Shown: positions 17,920-28,545 of the stretch, one piece after another
Layout: each line of letters opens with the position of its first letter
Numbering within the stretch: position 1 is the stretch's first letter
Assembly: GCF_000026545.1 (NCBI RefSeq)
Contig: NC_011601.1
Direction: 5' to 3' (one strand)
DNA from: Escherichia coli O127:H6 str. E2348/69
GTDB taxonomy: Bacteria > Pseudomonadota > Gammaproteobacteria > Enterobacterales > Enterobacteriaceae
Length of the DNA stretch: 64,000 nucleotides
Notes under the pieces: generated by a model
What the model saw: the letters and a program-made list of their open reading frames with translations, nothing else
Told to the model about the DNA's origin: nothing
Database searches by the model: none
Made by a program: the position numbers and the translations under genes

Positions 17920-19469
17920 CTGTCTCTTATACACAAATCCCCACCCGGGGATTTGTGATGTCTGTCAGTCTGCTTTAGGGGGACTCTTTCCATCCGGTAG
18001 TTTCCTTCCTCCCCGGCAGCGATTTTTTGAACTTTTTCCTCACCTGTTGATCTTCTCTTATATTTCATTTTCTTCGGGTCTGTTATGGTACTTTCTGATT
18101 GTTATTCATGGGCTAACGAGCAGTTTGGACATGCCCGTCTCGGTGATCCGCGTCGTACACGACGCCTTGTGTCACTGGCCTCTTCTCTCGCTCAGCATGC
18201 AGGTCTTTCTATTGTGAAATCATCCCAGTCCACTGCTCAGGTTGAAGGTGCGTACCGCCTGATACGTAACCCGTCTGTGTCCCCGCAAGCCATTGCCGAA
18301 GCCGGATTTACCGCCACTGTAAGGGCATGTGAGGCTCATCCGCTGCTCCTCGCGCTGGAAGACACCACCACCATTAACTTCAGTCACAGTACGGCATCTG
18401 ATGACCTGGGGAATACCACCACTAACCCGAAGACGCGCGGGCTGCTGGCTCACTCTGTCCTGATGTACGCCCCCGACAGCGCCCTGCCAGTCGGTCTTAT
18501 CGAACAGCAGCGCTGGAGTCGTGCCACGGACACCTACGGTGTTAAGCACCAGCGAAAAGAACGTCCCTATGAAGAAAAAGAAAGTTACCGCTGGCAGCAG
18601 GCTTCGGAGCGCATGGCCGAACGGCTGGGGGAGATACAGAAACGGGTAATCACTGTCTGTGACCGGGAAGCGGATATCTGGCATTACCTGCATTATAAAG
18701 TCAGCCACGGGCAGCGCTTCGTGGTGCGTGCAGCACAGAATCGCCGGCTGGAAGAAGCACCCGGCAAGCTCTTCGAACTGCCGGAAGTCCTGGCAACCGC
18801 GGGAAGCCACACGCTGAATGTGATGCAAAAAGGCGGGCGGGCAGCCCGCCAGGCCCGGATGTTCATCAGTTACAGCGAAGTCAGCATAAAAAATCCCGAC
18901 AACAGCGGCCAGGCGCTCCCGCTCACGTATGTCTGTTGCCGGGAGCAGGCAGAGGACGGCGCCTGCTGGCATCTGCTGACGTCAGAAAAAGTGGCGAGTG
19001 CCGCCGATGCGCGACGTATCGTCAGCCATTACGAGCGACGCTGGCTGATAGAGGAATACCACAAGGCGTGGAAAAGTGGTGGTACATGTGTGGAATCGCT
19101 GTGAATGCAGACCCGGGATAACCTCGAGCGCATGGTGGTTATCAAGGCGTTTATCGCGGTGCGGGTGCTGGGCCTGCGGCAGGGCGGTATCAGTGAAGAA
19201 ACACAAAATGACAGCTGTGAGAAAATACTGACGCCGACAGAGTGGAAACTGCTGTGGGTTAAGCTGGAAGGAAAACCGCTTCCGTCACAGATGCCGACAC
19301 TGAAATGGGCCTGTCTGAAACTGGCGAAACTGGGGCGATGGCATGACAGCAAACGCACCGGTCGCCCCGGTTGGGTAGTCATGTGGGATGGCTGGTTCAG
19401 ACTTCAGGATATGGTTGAGGGTTACCTGGTGATGAAGTCTCTTGATCAGGAGATCTGATCAAGAGACAG
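17920..19469 (+). mobile_element. IS50/Tn5-like insertion sequence (IS4 family) with diverged transposase
   Basis: Left end CTGTCTCTTATACACAAAT (2 mismatches to the Tn5 outside end as I recall it); right end is the exact reverse complement of the Tn5 inside end CTGTCTCTTGATCAGATCT; flanked by direct repeat cgaaccag; internal Tn5-Tnp-like ORF. Confidence 0.85.
18085..19458 (+). pseudogene. Tn5-like transposase interrupted by an in-frame TGA at 19102-19104 (ORFs 18085-19104 and 19105-19458, same frame)
   Basis: N-fragment LGDPRRTRRLV...EGAYRLIRNP...LALEDTT...CDREADI...RRWLIEEYHKAWKSG closely resembles Tn5 Tnp including the DDE positions; C-fragment DNLERMVV...AVRVLGLRQ... continues the alignment after the stop. 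Confidence 0.7.
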
Positions 19470-19757
19470 CGAACCAGAGGGGAGCAGACATTCAGCAATA
19501 AACCCTTCAGTTTGCCAAACGGCGCTATTTTGTGTTGCAAAGACCCCGTAAGCGTGTATTTTTGTGAGCTGTTTCGCGTTATCACCGTGATATGACACTC
19601 ACTTTAAACATAAAATTAACATTAGATCTAAATCTTAGTATTCATACCGCGTATTGTTACCTAATATCGATGAGTCCCGATACAGATTCGTCGTATCATA
19701 GACTGACTAAAGGCCGTAGAGCCTGAACAACACAGACAGGTACAGGAAGAAAAAAAC

Positions 19758-21170
19758 ATGGTAGATCAGGTAAAAGTCGTTGCCGATGATCAGGCTCCGG
19801 CTGAACAGTCGCTACGGCGCAATCTCACAAACCGACATATTCAGCTTATTGCCATTGGCGGTGCCATTGGTACAGGGTTGTTTATGGGGTCCGGCAAAAC
19901 GATTAGCCTTGCCGGGCCGTCGATCATTTTTGTTTATATGATCATTGGTTTTATGCTCTTTTTCGTGATGCGGGCAATGGGGGAATTGCTGCTTTCGAAT
20001 CTGGAATACAAATCTTTTAGTGACTTCGCTTCCGATTTACTCGGGCCGTGGGCAGGATATTTCACCGGCTGGACCTACTGGTTCTGCTGGGTTGTAACCG
20101 GTATGGCAGACGTGGTTGCCATTACCGCCTATGCGCAATTCTGGTTCCCTGGGCTTTCTGACTGGGTTGCTTCGTTATCCGTGATCATTCTGTTACTGGT
20201 TCTAAACCTCGCCACGGTAAAAATGTTCGGTGAGATGGAGTTCTGGTTTGCGATGATCAAAATCGTCGCCATCGTGTCGCTGATTGTTGTCGGCCTGGTC
20301 ATGGTGGCGATGCACTTTCAGTCACCGACCGGTGTGGAAGCATCATTTACACATTTGTGGAATGACGGCGGCTGGTTCCCGAAAGGCTTAAGCGGCTTCT
20401 TTGCCGGATTCCAGATAGCGGTTTTCGCTTTCGTGGGGATTGAGCTGGTAGGTACAACAGCTGCGGAAACCAAAGATCCGGAGAAATCACTGCCACGCGC
20501 GATTAACTCCATTCCGATCCGTATCATTATGTTCTACGTCTTCTCGCTGATTGTGATTATGTCCGTGACGCCGTGGAGTTCGGTAGTCCCGGAGAAAAGC
20601 CCGTTCGTTGAACTGTTTGTGTTGGTAGGTTTGCCTGCGGCTGCCAGCGTGATCAACTTTGTGGTGCTGACCTCTGCGGCGTCTTCCGCTAACAGCGGTG
20701 TCTTCTCTACCAGCCGTATGCTGTTTGGCCTGGCCCAGGAAGGTGTGGCACCGAAAGCGTTCGCTAAACTCTCTAAGCGCGCAGTACCCGCGAAAGGGTT
20801 GACCTTCTCTTGTATCTGTCTGCTCGGCGGCGTGGTGATGTTGTATGTGAATCCCAGCGTGATTGGCGCGTTCACGATGATTACAACCGTTTCCGCGATT
20901 CTGTTTATGTTTGTCTGGACGATTATCCTTTGCTCGTACCTGGTGTATCGCAAACAGCGTCCTCATCTGCATGAGAAGTCGATCTACAAGATGCCACTCG
21001 GCAAGCTGATGTGCTGGGTATGTATGGCGTTCTTTGTGTTTGTTCTGGTGTTGTTGACACTGGAAGATGACACCCGCCAGGCGCTGCTGGTTACCCCGCT
21101 GTGGTTTATCGCGCTGGGGCTGGGCTGGCTGTTTATTGGTAAGAAACGGGCTGCTGAACTGCGGAAATAA
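19758..21170 (+). CDS. cycA: D-serine/D-alanine/glycine:H+ symporter
   Basis: 470-aa APC-family permease MVDQVKVVADDQAPAEQSLRRNLTNRHIQLIAIGGAIGTGLFMGSG... Confidence 0.95.
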   Translation: MVDQVKVVADDQAPAEQSLRRNLTNRHIQLIAIGGAIGTGLFMGSGKTISLAGPSIIFVYMIIGFMLFFVMRAMGELLLSNLEYKSFSDFASDLLGPWAGYFTGWTYWFCWVVTGMADVVAITAYAQFWFPGLSDWVASLSVIILLLVLNLATVKMFGEMEFWFAMIKIVAIVSLIVVGLVMVAMHFQSPTGVEASFTHLWNDGGWFPKGLSGFFAGFQIAVFAFVGIELVGTTAAETKDPEKSLPRAINSIPIRIIMFYVFSLIVIMSVTPWSSVVPEKSPFVELFVLVGLPAAASVINFVVLTSAASSANSGVFSTSRMLFGLAQEGVAPKAFAKLSKRAVPAKGLTFSCICLLGGVVMLYVNPSVIGAFTMITTVSAILFMFVWTIILCSYLVYRKQRPHLHEKSIYKMPLGKLMCWVCMAFFVFVLVLLTLEDDTRQALLVTPLWFIALGLGWLFIGKKRAAELRK

Positions 21171-21182
21171 TCGCATTATCAT

Positions 21183-21207
21183 GCTGGATGGCGCAATGCC
21201 ATCCAGC
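21183..21207. terminator. Hairpin gctggatggcgcaatgccatccagc followed by ttttag, between convergent cycA and ytfE
   Basis: 10-bp perfect stem read directly. Confidence 0.7.
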
Positions 21208-21214
21208 TTTTAGA

Positions 21215-21877
21215 TCACTCACCCGCCAGCGCGCGCGGGAATAGTACATTGTTTTCCAGACTGATGTGCTCCATCAGGTCATCAATCAGTTCATTAATGC
21301 CGTTATACATCGCTTTCCAGGTGGTGCAGGCTTCCGGCGGCGGTGTGACGTTATTGGTGGTGTGTTTGATCACTTCCAGCAGTTCGCCCGCTTCATCGTG
21401 CTCGCTTTCCATTACGCTGATTGGCCCCATTGCCTGGCTGCCCATGCCTTGTTTAATCATCGGGAAGAGAATTTGCTCTTCTTTCATCATGTGGCTGGAA
21501 AGCTCTTCATGCAGCATAGTCAGGTATTTTGTCAGCCCTTTTGGCACACTTGGTTTGTCGGCGTGAACGCGCTCGACTTTAGTCGCTTGCAGGATCAGCT
21601 CCGGCAGCTGCTCGCGATGGCGATCGTGATAGCGCACAATAATGTGGTCGATGATTTCCGCCAGCGGCGCGCTACGCCAGTCTTTCTCAATCGGTTGTTC
21701 AGCAAGCTTTGCCAGTTCGGCTTCAATGACGTCAACATCCAGTTCTTTACGTGCCGCCGCGCGCGCCAGCGTCTGCTTACCGCCACAGCAGTAATCCATA
21801 TCATATTTACGAAACAGAGCCGAAGCGCGAGGAATAGAGAGCGCCAGTTCACCTAAAGGTTGGTCGCGATAAGCCAT
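21215..21877 (-). CDS. ytfE: Iron-sulfur cluster repair di-iron protein (RIC)
   Basis: 220-aa product [41 protein letters not shown]... Confidence 0.95.
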   Translation of the reverse strand: MAYRDQPLGELALSIPRASALFRKYDMDYCCGGKQTLARAAARKELDVDVIEAELAKLAEQPIEKDWRSAPLAEIIDHIIVRYHDRHREQLPELILQATKVERVHADKPSVPKGLTKYLTMLHEELSSHMMKEEQILFPMIKQGMGSQAMGPISVMESEHDEAGELLEVIKHTTNNVTPPPEACTTWKAMYNGINELIDDLMEHISLENNVLFPRALAGE

Positions 21878-21903
21878 AGCTGATACCTCATTCTTAATAA
21901 GAT

Positions 21904-21926
21904 AAGATGTATTTTAAATGCACCTT
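21904..21926. promoter_or_regulatory. Probable NsrR operator upstream of ytfE (AAGATGTATTTTAAATGCACCTT)
   Basis: Imperfect AT-rich palindrome close to the NsrR consensus as I recall it; about 30-50 bp upstream of the ytfE start. Confidence 0.5.
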
Positions 21927-21984
21927 TAAGGCAAAAGCTATAACCCTTACGTAGCAGAGGCTTATTTAACTCACTGCCAGCGTG

Positions 21985-22959
21985 TCAACTTTCTGAGACA
22001 GATTCAGTTAAAGGTTTTTCTGGTTTTGCTCTGACCGCGATGACCACGCCAATCACTAACAGCGCGATACCGCTCAGCGTCATTAGCGGCGGCATTTGCT
22101 GGCGGAGTAAAAAGGTGTACAGCAAACCTGCCAGCGTTTCGAAAACAATCAGCGGCCCGAGAATCACTGTCGGTAATCGCTGGCTGGCGACGTTCCAGCA
22201 GAGTGCGCCAACCCATGAGCAAAGCACGGCTATCGCAACCATCAGACTAATAAACACCAGCGGACGGGGGCCAAAGGGTAAGGAGAAGTCCGGCGTTTGC
22301 ATATTCAGCCAGTAACAGGCGACGAGATAGCCGATGAGAGAAACCGGCAGCGTGACCAGCGCCTGCGCCGTCGCCCACATCATCGGATGTTTGTCGGGAT
22401 TTTCCCGCAGCCAGCGGGCGTTGCGCAGGGCATACCATGCCCAGCAGACCACGGAAACTAACGCTAGCACGATGCCTGAGGTATAACGTGCCCAGTCAAA
22501 ATCGGGGAGTCCGTGGTTTAACTCAGCAATATTCACACACGCCAGGCCGATGCCAATACAAACCAGTGCCGGGGCGAGTTTTCCCCACGCGAGTTTGCCA
22601 TCGCGCTGGCTATAAAGCAGATTGGCAAAAACGGGAATCACCACCGGCAGGGTGCCGATAATCATCGTGGAAACAGGTGCGCCAGTACGTTGAATGGCAC
22701 TGGCGAGGCAGAAGTAATAGATGAGGTTGCCCATCATAGTGAGCATCAAGGCGGTAAGCCAGTCGCGACGCGCCAACTGACGCAGACGCACGCGTCCCAG
22801 CCAGGCAATGGGCAGCGCAATTAACCCTAACGCCAGATAACGCCCCATCGACTGCAACATCGCCGGGTATTCCGGTACGATCAACGGCCCGACAAAAATA
22901 AGCCCCCACATCAACCCTGCTAACAGGGCGTACAGCACGCCGCTAATCATTACTGGCAT
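21985..22959 (-). CDS. ytfF: Inner-membrane DMT-superfamily (EamA-like) transporter
   Basis: 324-aa hydrophobic ORF (true start may be the ATG 9 nt downstream, MISGVLYALLAG...). Confidence 0.85.
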   Translation of the reverse strand: MPVMISGVLYALLAGLMWGLIFVGPLIVPEYPAMLQSMGRYLALGLIALPIAWLGRVRLRQLARRDWLTALMLTMMGNLIYYFCLASAIQRTGAPVSTMIIGTLPVVIPVFANLLYSQRDGKLAWGKLAPALVCIGIGLACVNIAELNHGLPDFDWARYTSGIVLALVSVVCWAWYALRNARWLRENPDKHPMMWATAQALVTLPVSLIGYLVACYWLNMQTPDFSLPFGPRPLVFISLMVAIAVLCSWVGALCWNVASQRLPTVILGPLIVFETLAGLLYTFLLRQQMPPLMTLSGIALLVIGVVIAVRAKPEKPLTESVSES

Positions 22960-23058
22960 CCATTGGTCTGTCAGAAGAAACGTTCAGGAAGCAGACATGA
23001 TTGCTCCCGGCATCCCGTCATTATCAGAGAGGATGCGGGAGGATGCCACTTTAATTAA

Positions 23059-23919
23059 CTATTTATTAACATTAAAAAGATGGCTTACGCTCTCGGCTAA
23101 CGTTGTCGTTGGGCGGCCAATCAATTTGCTCAGTGTTTTGCTGTCATCAAACAGACCGCCTTTCGATGCGCCAACGTCAGAATCCGCCAGCATATCCGCC
23201 AGTCCGTCAGGCAGGCCAACGCTTTTCAGCGCCGCAGCGAAATCGGTTTCGCTCAGATTTTGATAGGTAACCGATTTGCCGCTCTGTTTGGTCAGCTCTG
23301 CCGCTAACTGTGTCAACGTCCAGGCACTATCGCCCGCCAGTTCGTAAACCTTGCCTTCGTGACCGGCTTCGCTAATCACGCGTGCCGCAGCTACCGCATA
23401 ATCAGCCCGCGTTGCTGAGGCAATTTTGCCATCGCCCGCGGCACCGATAAATACGCCGTGTTCCAGTGCTGCCGGGGCGCTGGCGAGGTAGTTTTCGGTG
23501 TACCAGCCGTTGCGCAGCAGGGTGTAAACGATGCCAGAATCAACCAGCATTTTCTCCGTCTCGATGTGCTCATCGGCGAGGCCGAGCGGGGAGGAATCGG
23601 CATGTAGCAGGCTGGTATAAGCGATAAATTTCACGTCGGCCGCCTTTGCGGCATTAATAACATTACGATGCTGCGGGGCACGTTGACCCACTTCGCTGGA
23701 AGAGATCAGCAGTAGTTTTTCCACTCCCTGAAGCGCAGATGTCAGTGCGGCTTCATCGCCGTAATCAGCCTTACGCACGGTAATGCCTTGTGCTGTCAGT
23801 ACCTGTGCTTTTGCCGGATTACGAACGATAGCCACTATTTGGCTGGCAGGAACCGTTTTCATCAAGGATTCAATAACATAGTGACCAAGTTGGCCAGTGG
23901 CACCAGTAATAGCGATCAT
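23059..23919 (-). CDS. qorB: NAD(P)H:quinone oxidoreductase (NmrA-like)
   Basis: 286-aa product MIAITGATGQLGHYVIESLMKTVPASQIVAIVRNPAKAQ... (ytfG). Confidence 0.9.
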   Translation of the reverse strand: MIAITGATGQLGHYVIESLMKTVPASQIVAIVRNPAKAQVLTAQGITVRKADYGDEAALTSALQGVEKLLLISSSEVGQRAPQHRNVINAAKAADVKFIAYTSLLHADSSPLGLADEHIETEKMLVDSGIVYTLLRNGWYTENYLASAPAALEHGVFIGAAGDGKIASATRADYAVAAARVISEAGHEGKVYELAGDSAWTLTQLAAELTKQSGKSVTYQNLSETDFAAALKSVGLPDGLADMLADSDVGASKGGLFDDSKTLSKLIGRPTTTLAESVSHLFNVNK

Positions 23920-24007
23920 GGGAAGTCTCCATCGTTTTGTCTTGTGTTTAAATACGCTAACACTTAAACTTACTTTTAGTAAGTACGTACAAAAAGGTAA
24001 GTATGAA

Positions 24008-24388
24008 ATGAGTCAGGTTAGCCTGTCGCAACAACTGAAAGAGGGAAATCTCTTTGCGGAACAGTGCCCGTCGCGCGAGGTGTTGAAACACGTCACCAGC
24101 CGTTGGGGGGTGTTGATTCTGGTGGCGCTACGCGAAGGTACTCATCGCTTTAGCGACCTGCGGCGCAAAATGGGCGGGGTGAGTGAAAAGATGCTTGCGC
24201 AGTCGTTACAGGCATTAGAACAGGATGGTTTTCTTAACCGTATCGCGTATCCGGTGGTGCCGCCGCATGTGGAATATAGCCTCACGCCGCTGGGCGAGCA
24301 GGTGAGCGAAAAGGTTGCTGCACTGGCGGACTGGATTGAGTTGAATTTGCCCGAGGTGTTAGCGGTGCGGGATGAACGTGCGGCATAA
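24008..24388 (+). CDS. ytfH: HxlR-family transcriptional regulator
   Basis: 126-aa product from internal ATG of ORF 23897-24388; ...CPSREVLKHVTSRWGVLILVALREGTHRFSDLRRKMGGVSEKMLAQSLQALEQDGFLNR... Confidence 0.85.
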   Translation: MSQVSLSQQLKEGNLFAEQCPSREVLKHVTSRWGVLILVALREGTHRFSDLRRKMGGVSEKMLAQSLQALEQDGFLNRIAYPVVPPHVEYSLTPLGEQVSEKVAALADWIELNLPEVLAVRDERAA

Positions 24389-24394
24389 CTGCCG

Positions 24395-24510
24395 GATGCG
24401 CTGCGCTTATCCGGACTACGGTTCATGGCTTGTAGGGCGGATAAGATGCGTCAGCATCGCATCCGCCAATAAATGCCGGATGCGGTTGATGATTTGTAGG
24501 CCGAAAAAGA
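24395..24510. repeat. REP (repetitive extragenic palindromic) element cluster
   Basis: gccggatgcg...cgcatccggc-type palindromic units between ytfH and cpdB. Confidence 0.7.
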
Positions 24511-24516
24511 AGTGTT

Positions 24517-26460
24517 TTACTTACTCAGATCCACCTGATAAATCGCAAACCCGATATCATCGGTCGCGACTTTATTCATCGGATACTGCCCTTTTTCTTT
24601 AATAAACGCTGCGGCTTTATCTGACGGAGAGGTTTCGAAACGGATATCCAGTTTCTTATCGCCAGCTATCGGTGCTAAACGCCAGTTGTTATCTGCAGCC
24701 GGGTGAATTTCCCCCGCACGTTTCGACTCATCAGCAATCCACGCTGCCAGCACCGAGCGGTTCTCATCCGGTGAAGCAAAAGCGATATGGCTGTCGCCCG
24801 TACCGGCAAATTTGCCGCCGTAAGCGCGATAGTTATTGGTGGCAACGAGGAACATGGCGTTCGGATCAATCGGCTTGCCGTTAAAGGTCAGGTTCTTAAT
24901 CCTTTCCGCATTGGCATTAATCATCTGGCACTCGCCGTCATAACGGGCGGGCTGGGTAACATCAATCTGATAATTCACACCATCAATAACATCAAAGTTA
25001 TAGGTGCGGAAACCATCCCAGTTGATGAGTGACTGTGGTTTCGTGCTGTTAGGATCAATCTGGTTAAACTGTCCGGCGGAGCACTCCAGCCACTCTTTCA
25101 CCTCTTTACCGCTGGCTTTCACCACAATCAGCGTATTGGGGTAGAGATAAAGATCGGCGGCATTACGGAAGGTCAACTGGCCTTTTTCCACCTCCACATA
25201 GCTTGCCGGGTCATTTTTGCGACCACCAACTTTAAACGGTGCGGCAGCTGAAAGCACTGGCAGTTTTGCCAGATCCGGATCGCCCTGAATGTAATGCTCG
25301 ACATACGCTTTTTGCGCGTTGTTCACCACCTGCACGGTCGGATCGTCCTGCACAAGCGCCAGATAGCTATACATATTGTCGGCAGATTTACCGATTGGCT
25401 TGCTGACGAACTGGCGTGTGGCATCGTGATCGGCTTTGAGTGTTTCTACCAGCTTGCTGTCTTCCGCCGCGAGGGATTTTTTATTAGCGATGTCGTAAAT
25501 CGGCCGTGCTTCCGCTTTCGCCTGCGTCACCTGCCATTTACCGCTGTCATTACTGAGTTGTAAGTCGACCACACCAAGATGATCGCCCCACATGCCTGGC
25601 ATTACCGCCGGAACACCATTCAGCGTGCCTTTCGCGATATCAGCCCCTTCGATATCAGCAAAATCTTTACCTGGGAAAACGGCGTGAGCATGGCCAAACA
25701 TAATGGCGTTAACGCCCGGAATTTCACTGAGGTAATAAACTGAGTTTTCCGCCATCACTTTATACGGATCGGCAGACAGCCCGGAATGCGCCAGAACGAC
25801 AACGACATCGGCACCTTTCTCGCGCATTTCAGGCACGTATTTGCGTACGGTTTCGGTAATATCATTCACCGTCACTTTCCCGGATAAATTAGCTTTATCC
25901 CAGCCCATGATTTGTGGCGGGACGACGCCAATATAGCCAATCTTCAGCGTCTGTTTTTTTCCGTCTGTATCGACCACTTCGGTGTCTTTAATTAAATACG
26001 GTGTAAACATTGGCTGTTTGGTTCTGGCGTCAATGACGTTGGCATTTACATAAGGGAATTTCGCTCCCGCCAGCGCATTTTTCAGATAATCCAGACCGTA
26101 GTTAAACTCGTGGTTGCCAAGCGTGCCGACGGTATAGTCCAGCGTATTTAATGCCTTATAGACCGGGTGAATATCACCTGCTTTTAATCCTTTCGCCGAC
26201 ATGTAATCTGCCAGCGGACTCCCCTGAATCAAATCGCCGTTATCGACCAGTAGGCTGTTTTTCACTTCATTGCGGGCATCGTTAATCAGGCTTGCCGTAC
26301 GTACCAGTCCGAATTTTTCCGTGGCGGTGTCTTTGTAATAATCGAAATCCATCATGTTGCTATGCAGATCAGTGGTTTCCATGATACGCAGATCGACCGT
26401 CGCTGCATTCACACTGGCGGCAATCAGCGTGGCCAGGAGCGTTGCGCTAAACTTAATCAT
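24517..26460 (-). CDS. cpdB: 2',3'-cyclic-nucleotide 2'-phosphodiesterase / 3'-nucleotidase (periplasmic)
   Basis: 647-aa product [42 protein letters not shown]... with calcineurin-like metallophosphatase motifs. Confidence 0.95.
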   Translation of the reverse strand: MIKFSATLLATLIAASVNAATVDLRIMETTDLHSNMMDFDYYKDTATEKFGLVRTASLINDARNEVKNSLLVDNGDLIQGSPLADYMSAKGLKAGDIHPVYKALNTLDYTVGTLGNHEFNYGLDYLKNALAGAKFPYVNANVIDARTKQPMFTPYLIKDTEVVDTDGKKQTLKIGYIGVVPPQIMGWDKANLSGKVTVNDITETVRKYVPEMREKGADVVVVLAHSGLSADPYKVMAENSVYYLSEIPGVNAIMFGHAHAVFPGKDFADIEGADIAKGTLNGVPAVMPGMWGDHLGVVDLQLSNDSGKWQVTQAKAEARPIYDIANKKSLAAEDSKLVETLKADHDATRQFVSKPIGKSADNMYSYLALVQDDPTVQVVNNAQKAYVEHYIQGDPDLAKLPVLSAAAPFKVGGRKNDPASYVEVEKGQLTFRNAADLYLYPNTLIVVKASGKEVKEWLECSAGQFNQIDPNSTKPQSLINWDGFRTYNFDVIDGVNYQIDVTQPARYDGECQMINANAERIKNLTFNGKPIDPNAMFLVATNNYRAYGGKFAGTGDSHIAFASPDENRSVLAAWIADESKRAGEIHPAADNNWRLAPIAGDKKLDIRFETSPSDKAAAFIKEKGQYPMNKVATDDIGFAIYQVDLSK

Positions 26461-26649
26461 CAGGGACATCCTTTTATCATCGGGAATACGAAAGAAAAGG
26501 GAGAATAAACGTCTTACTTATAGAACAGTGAAGAATGCCACAATTTTACGCTTTGAAAATGATGACACTATCACAGTTGGCGCATTCATTAACGATAGGG
26601 TATAAGTAAAACAATAAGTTAACACCGCTCACAGAGACGAGGTGGAGAA

Positions 26650-27390
26650 ATGTTAGATCAAGTATGCCAGCTTGCACGGAATGCAGGCGATGCCATTATG
26701 CAGGTCTACGACGGGACGAAACCGATGGACGTCGTCAGCAAAGCGGACAATTCTCCGGTAACGGCAGCGGATATTGCCGCACATACCGTTATCATGGACG
26801 GTTTACGTACGCTGACACCGGATATTCCGGTCCTTTCTGAAGAAGATCCTCCCGGTTGGGAAGTCCGTCAGCACTGGCAGCGTTACTGGCTGGTAGACCC
26901 GCTGGATGGTACTAAAGAGTTTATTAAACGTAATGGCGAATTCACCGTTAACATTGCGCTCATCGACCACGGCAAACCGATTTTAGGTGTGGTGTATGCG
27001 CCGGTAATGAACGTAATGTACAGCGCGGCAGAAGGCAAAGCCTGGAAAGAAGAGTGCGGTGTGCGCAAGCAGATTCAGGTCCGCGATGCGCGCCCGCCGC
27101 TGGTGGTGATCAGCCGTTCCCATGCAGATGCGGAGCTGAAAGAGTATCTGCAACAGCTTGGCGAACATCAGACCACGTCCATCGGCTCTTCGCTGAAATT
27201 CTGCCTGGTGGCGGAAGGACAGGCGCAGCTGTACCCGCGTTTCGGGCCAACCAATATTTGGGATACCGCCGCTGGTCATGCTGTGGCTGCAGCTGCCGGA
27301 GCGCACGTTCACGACTGGCAGGGTAAACCGCTGGATTACACTCCGCGCGAGTCGTTCCTGAATCCGGGGTTCAGAGTGTCTATTTATTAA
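26650..27390 (+). CDS. cysQ: 3'(2'),5'-bisphosphate nucleotidase
   Basis: 246-aa product [22 protein letters not shown]... with [12 protein letters not shown] inositol-monophosphatase-family motif. Confidence 0.95.
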   Translation: MLDQVCQLARNAGDAIMQVYDGTKPMDVVSKADNSPVTAADIAAHTVIMDGLRTLTPDIPVLSEEDPPGWEVRQHWQRYWLVDPLDGTKEFIKRNGEFTVNIALIDHGKPILGVVYAPVMNVMYSAAEGKAWKEECGVRKQIQVRDARPPLVVISRSHADAELKEYLQQLGEHQTTSIGSSLKFCLVAEGQAQLYPRFGPTNIWDTAAGHAVAAAAGAHVHDWQGKPLDYTPRESFLNPGFRVSIY

Positions 27391-27937
27391 TTAATTTATG
27401 CAGCAGGTCCATCACTTGCTGCACCTCTTCCTGAGTAAGCGCCCCGTCTTTGGCCCATTGCACGCGACCGTCTTTATCCAGCACCACTACAGCAGAACTT
27501 TTTTCATCCAGCTGCCAGGCACCGCGTGCGACGCCATTGCTATCAACAATAAACTGCGACCAGGGATAAAGCTTTTTATTACTCTCCAGACTGCTGCGCA
27601 CAAACATCCCTGAACCCGGAATCGCGTCGTCGGTGTTAACAATGGTAGTGGTCTGGTAACGATCGTGCGGTAACTTCGCTGATTTAATCGCTTCAATCAG
27701 CGTCGCGTTTTTCTCTTTTGCAGAGGTGCGACCAGCAATATGTTGCAGTACTCGCACTTTTCCCACTAACTGCGCACTGTTCCAGGTTTTGTAGCTAAAC
27801 TGATCTTTATCAAGCACCAACTCGCCACGATCGGTGATGCCAATCGGCGGCACTCGCTGACCGGTTTCGAACTGATGTGCGGAAGCCATCATCGGCAACA
27901 GCAGGCAGGTGAGTGCCAGAATCTTGCGTAGGGTCAT
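27380..27937 (-). CDS. ytfJ: Periplasmic protein of unknown function
   Basis: ORF with signal peptide [20 protein letters not shown]; 3' end overlaps the cysQ 3' end by about 11 nt. Confidence 0.85.
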   Translation of the reverse strand: MTLRKILALTCLLLPMMASAHQFETGQRVPPIGITDRGELVLDKDQFSYKTWNSAQLVGKVRVLQHIAGRTSAKEKNATLIEAIKSAKLPHDRYQTTTIVNTDDAIPGSGMFVRSSLESNKKLYPWSQFIVDSNGVARGAWQLDEKSSAVVVLDKDGRVQWAKDGALTQEEVQQVMDLLHKLINK

Positions 27938-28261
27938 GGTGTTTCCTTCTTATGATATGCAGGTGATCCGACCACTTGGGTCTGAGTTTTAATCATATGT
28001 GCTATTTATCGAATTTCCCGCAAGTGTGATGCCAGTTTGCGGTCAAGCGCACAAATCATATGAAAAATGAATGCTTATACTGAAGACCGCGCTTCGGTAA
28101 AAAGATAATTCTGAATAATTGTAACCTTTAGGTAAAAAAAGTTATACGCGGTGGAAACATTGCCCGGATAGTCTATAGTCACTAGGCATTAAAATTTGCG
28201 CCTCATAATCGTTGGGCCGATTGTGGCACCGCAAAGGCGTAATACTCAGCAGGAGATAACA

Positions 28262-28468
28262 ATGAAAATTTTCCAACGGTACAACCCACTTCAGGTGGCG
28301 AAGTACGTAAAGATCCTGTTCCGTGGACGGTTATACATCAAGGACGTTGGCGCTTTTGAATTTGATAAGGGTAAGATTCTTATCCCAAAAGTGAAGGATA
28401 AGCTGCATTTGTCAGTGATGTCCGAAGTTAACCGTCAGGTTATGCGTCTGCAAACAGAGATGGCTTAA
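28262..28468 (+). CDS. ytfK: Small protein of unknown function (DUF1107)
   Basis: 68-aa product [68 protein letters not shown]. Confidence 0.85.
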
Positions 28469-28545
28469 CCAAAGTGCTATGCAGTAAAAAGTGCTATGCA
28501 GTAATAAGACGGCTCCTGATTCGGGAGCCGTTGATGTTTCTGGGG

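Noticed and set aside
17247-18068. 273-aa minus-strand ORF spanning fklB and the IS left end
   Set aside because: Crosses the fklB coding region antisense and the IS boundary; composition-driven open frame, not a credible gene.
18220-18972. 250-aa minus-strand ORF inside the IS
   Set aside because: Antisense to the Tn5-like transposase, which has strong similarity on the plus strand.
20487-21182. 231-aa minus-strand ORF
   Set aside because: Antisense to cycA; highly basic low-complexity translation.
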